Shown here: positions 63,445 through 64,000 of the stretch, piece by piece
How positions within the stretch are numbered: position 1 is the stretch's first letter
How the letters are laid out: each line of letters begins with the position of its first letter
Source: Eledone cirrhosa
Taxonomy: Eukaryota
Assembly (NCBI GenBank): GCA_964016885.1
Contig: OZ024759.1
Span: forward strand, 32,984,001 to 33,048,000
Length of the DNA: 64,000 nucleotides
Direction of reading: 5' to 3'
The notes under the pieces: generated by a model
The model's input: only the letters and a program-made list of their open reading frames with translations
What the model was told of the DNA's origin: nothing
Databases searched by the model: none
Position numbers and translations under genes: made by a program

Positions 63445-64000
63445 GCAGTTACTCCAAGTAGAGCTGCTACTTTTCCGAAATGAGAGATCACAGCTCCGAT
63501 ACTATGGACATGTGGTTAGAATGTCTCAGGAAATAATCACTGGAGTGTCACTCCAAGTAGAGCCACTACTTTTCCGAAATGAGAGATCACAGCTCCGATA
63601 CTATGGACATGTGGTTAGAATGTCTCAGGAAAGAATCACTGGAGTGTCACTCCAGGTAGAGCCACTACTTCTCTGGATAAAGAGATCACAGCTCAGATAC
63701 TACTAACATGTGGTTAGAATGTCTCAGGTAAGAATCACTGGAGTGTCACTCCAGGTAGAGCCACTACTTCTCTGGATAAAGAGATCACAGCTCAGATACT
63801 ACTAACATGTGGTTAGAATGTCTCAGGTAAGAATCACTGGAGTGTCACTCCAGGTAGAGCCACTACTTCTCTGGATAAAGAGATCACAGCTCAGATACTA
63901 CTAACATGTGGTTAGAATGTCTCAGGAAAGAATCACTGGAGTGTCACTCCAGGTAGAGCCACTACTTCTCTGGATAAAGAGATCACAGCTCAGATACTAC
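63445..64000 (+). repeat. 99-bp tandem array derived from an RTE-clade LINE coding fragment (at least 5.5 units, runs off the window)
   Basis: Unit starts 63451, 63550, 63649, 63748, 63847, 63946; unit translates VSLQVEPLLFRNERSQLRYYGHVVRMSQERITG, matching the QLRWxGHVxRM motif of RTE ORFs. Confidence 0.88.

Noticed and set aside
63445-64000. CRISPR-like array
   Set aside because: Units are contiguous near-identical tandem copies without unique spacers; eukaryotic context, no cas genes.

Overview
AT-rich, non-coding animal genomic DNA, most likely an intron or intergenic region of an octopus/coleoid cephalopod (inferred from the SINE family and the extreme (TA)n/(CA)n/(GA)n load). Nearly all ORFs in the track are microsatellite artefacts and no host exon is firmly supported. 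The real coding remnants are retroelements: a 5'-truncated Tx1/L1-clade 3' end (53.4-54.3 kb) with an older decayed relative, an RTE-clade 3' end, and a 99-bp tandem array made from an RTE fragment. About 15 copies of a tRNA-derived SINE are present (two with clear TSDs), plus a mariner-like MITE. The main hidden signal is in the short 'unique' islands inside the (TA)n tracts. Many are 3' ends of Penelope-like retroelements carrying type I hammerhead ribozymes (stem I-CUGANGA-stem II-GAAA-short, usually palindromic stem III-NUH-stem I). By eye I count about 15 complete or single-lesion hammerheads and about 10 half or decayed ones, from roughly ten unrelated sequence families, many arranged as fold-back palindromes. 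All structures were read manually; no folding or database search was run.
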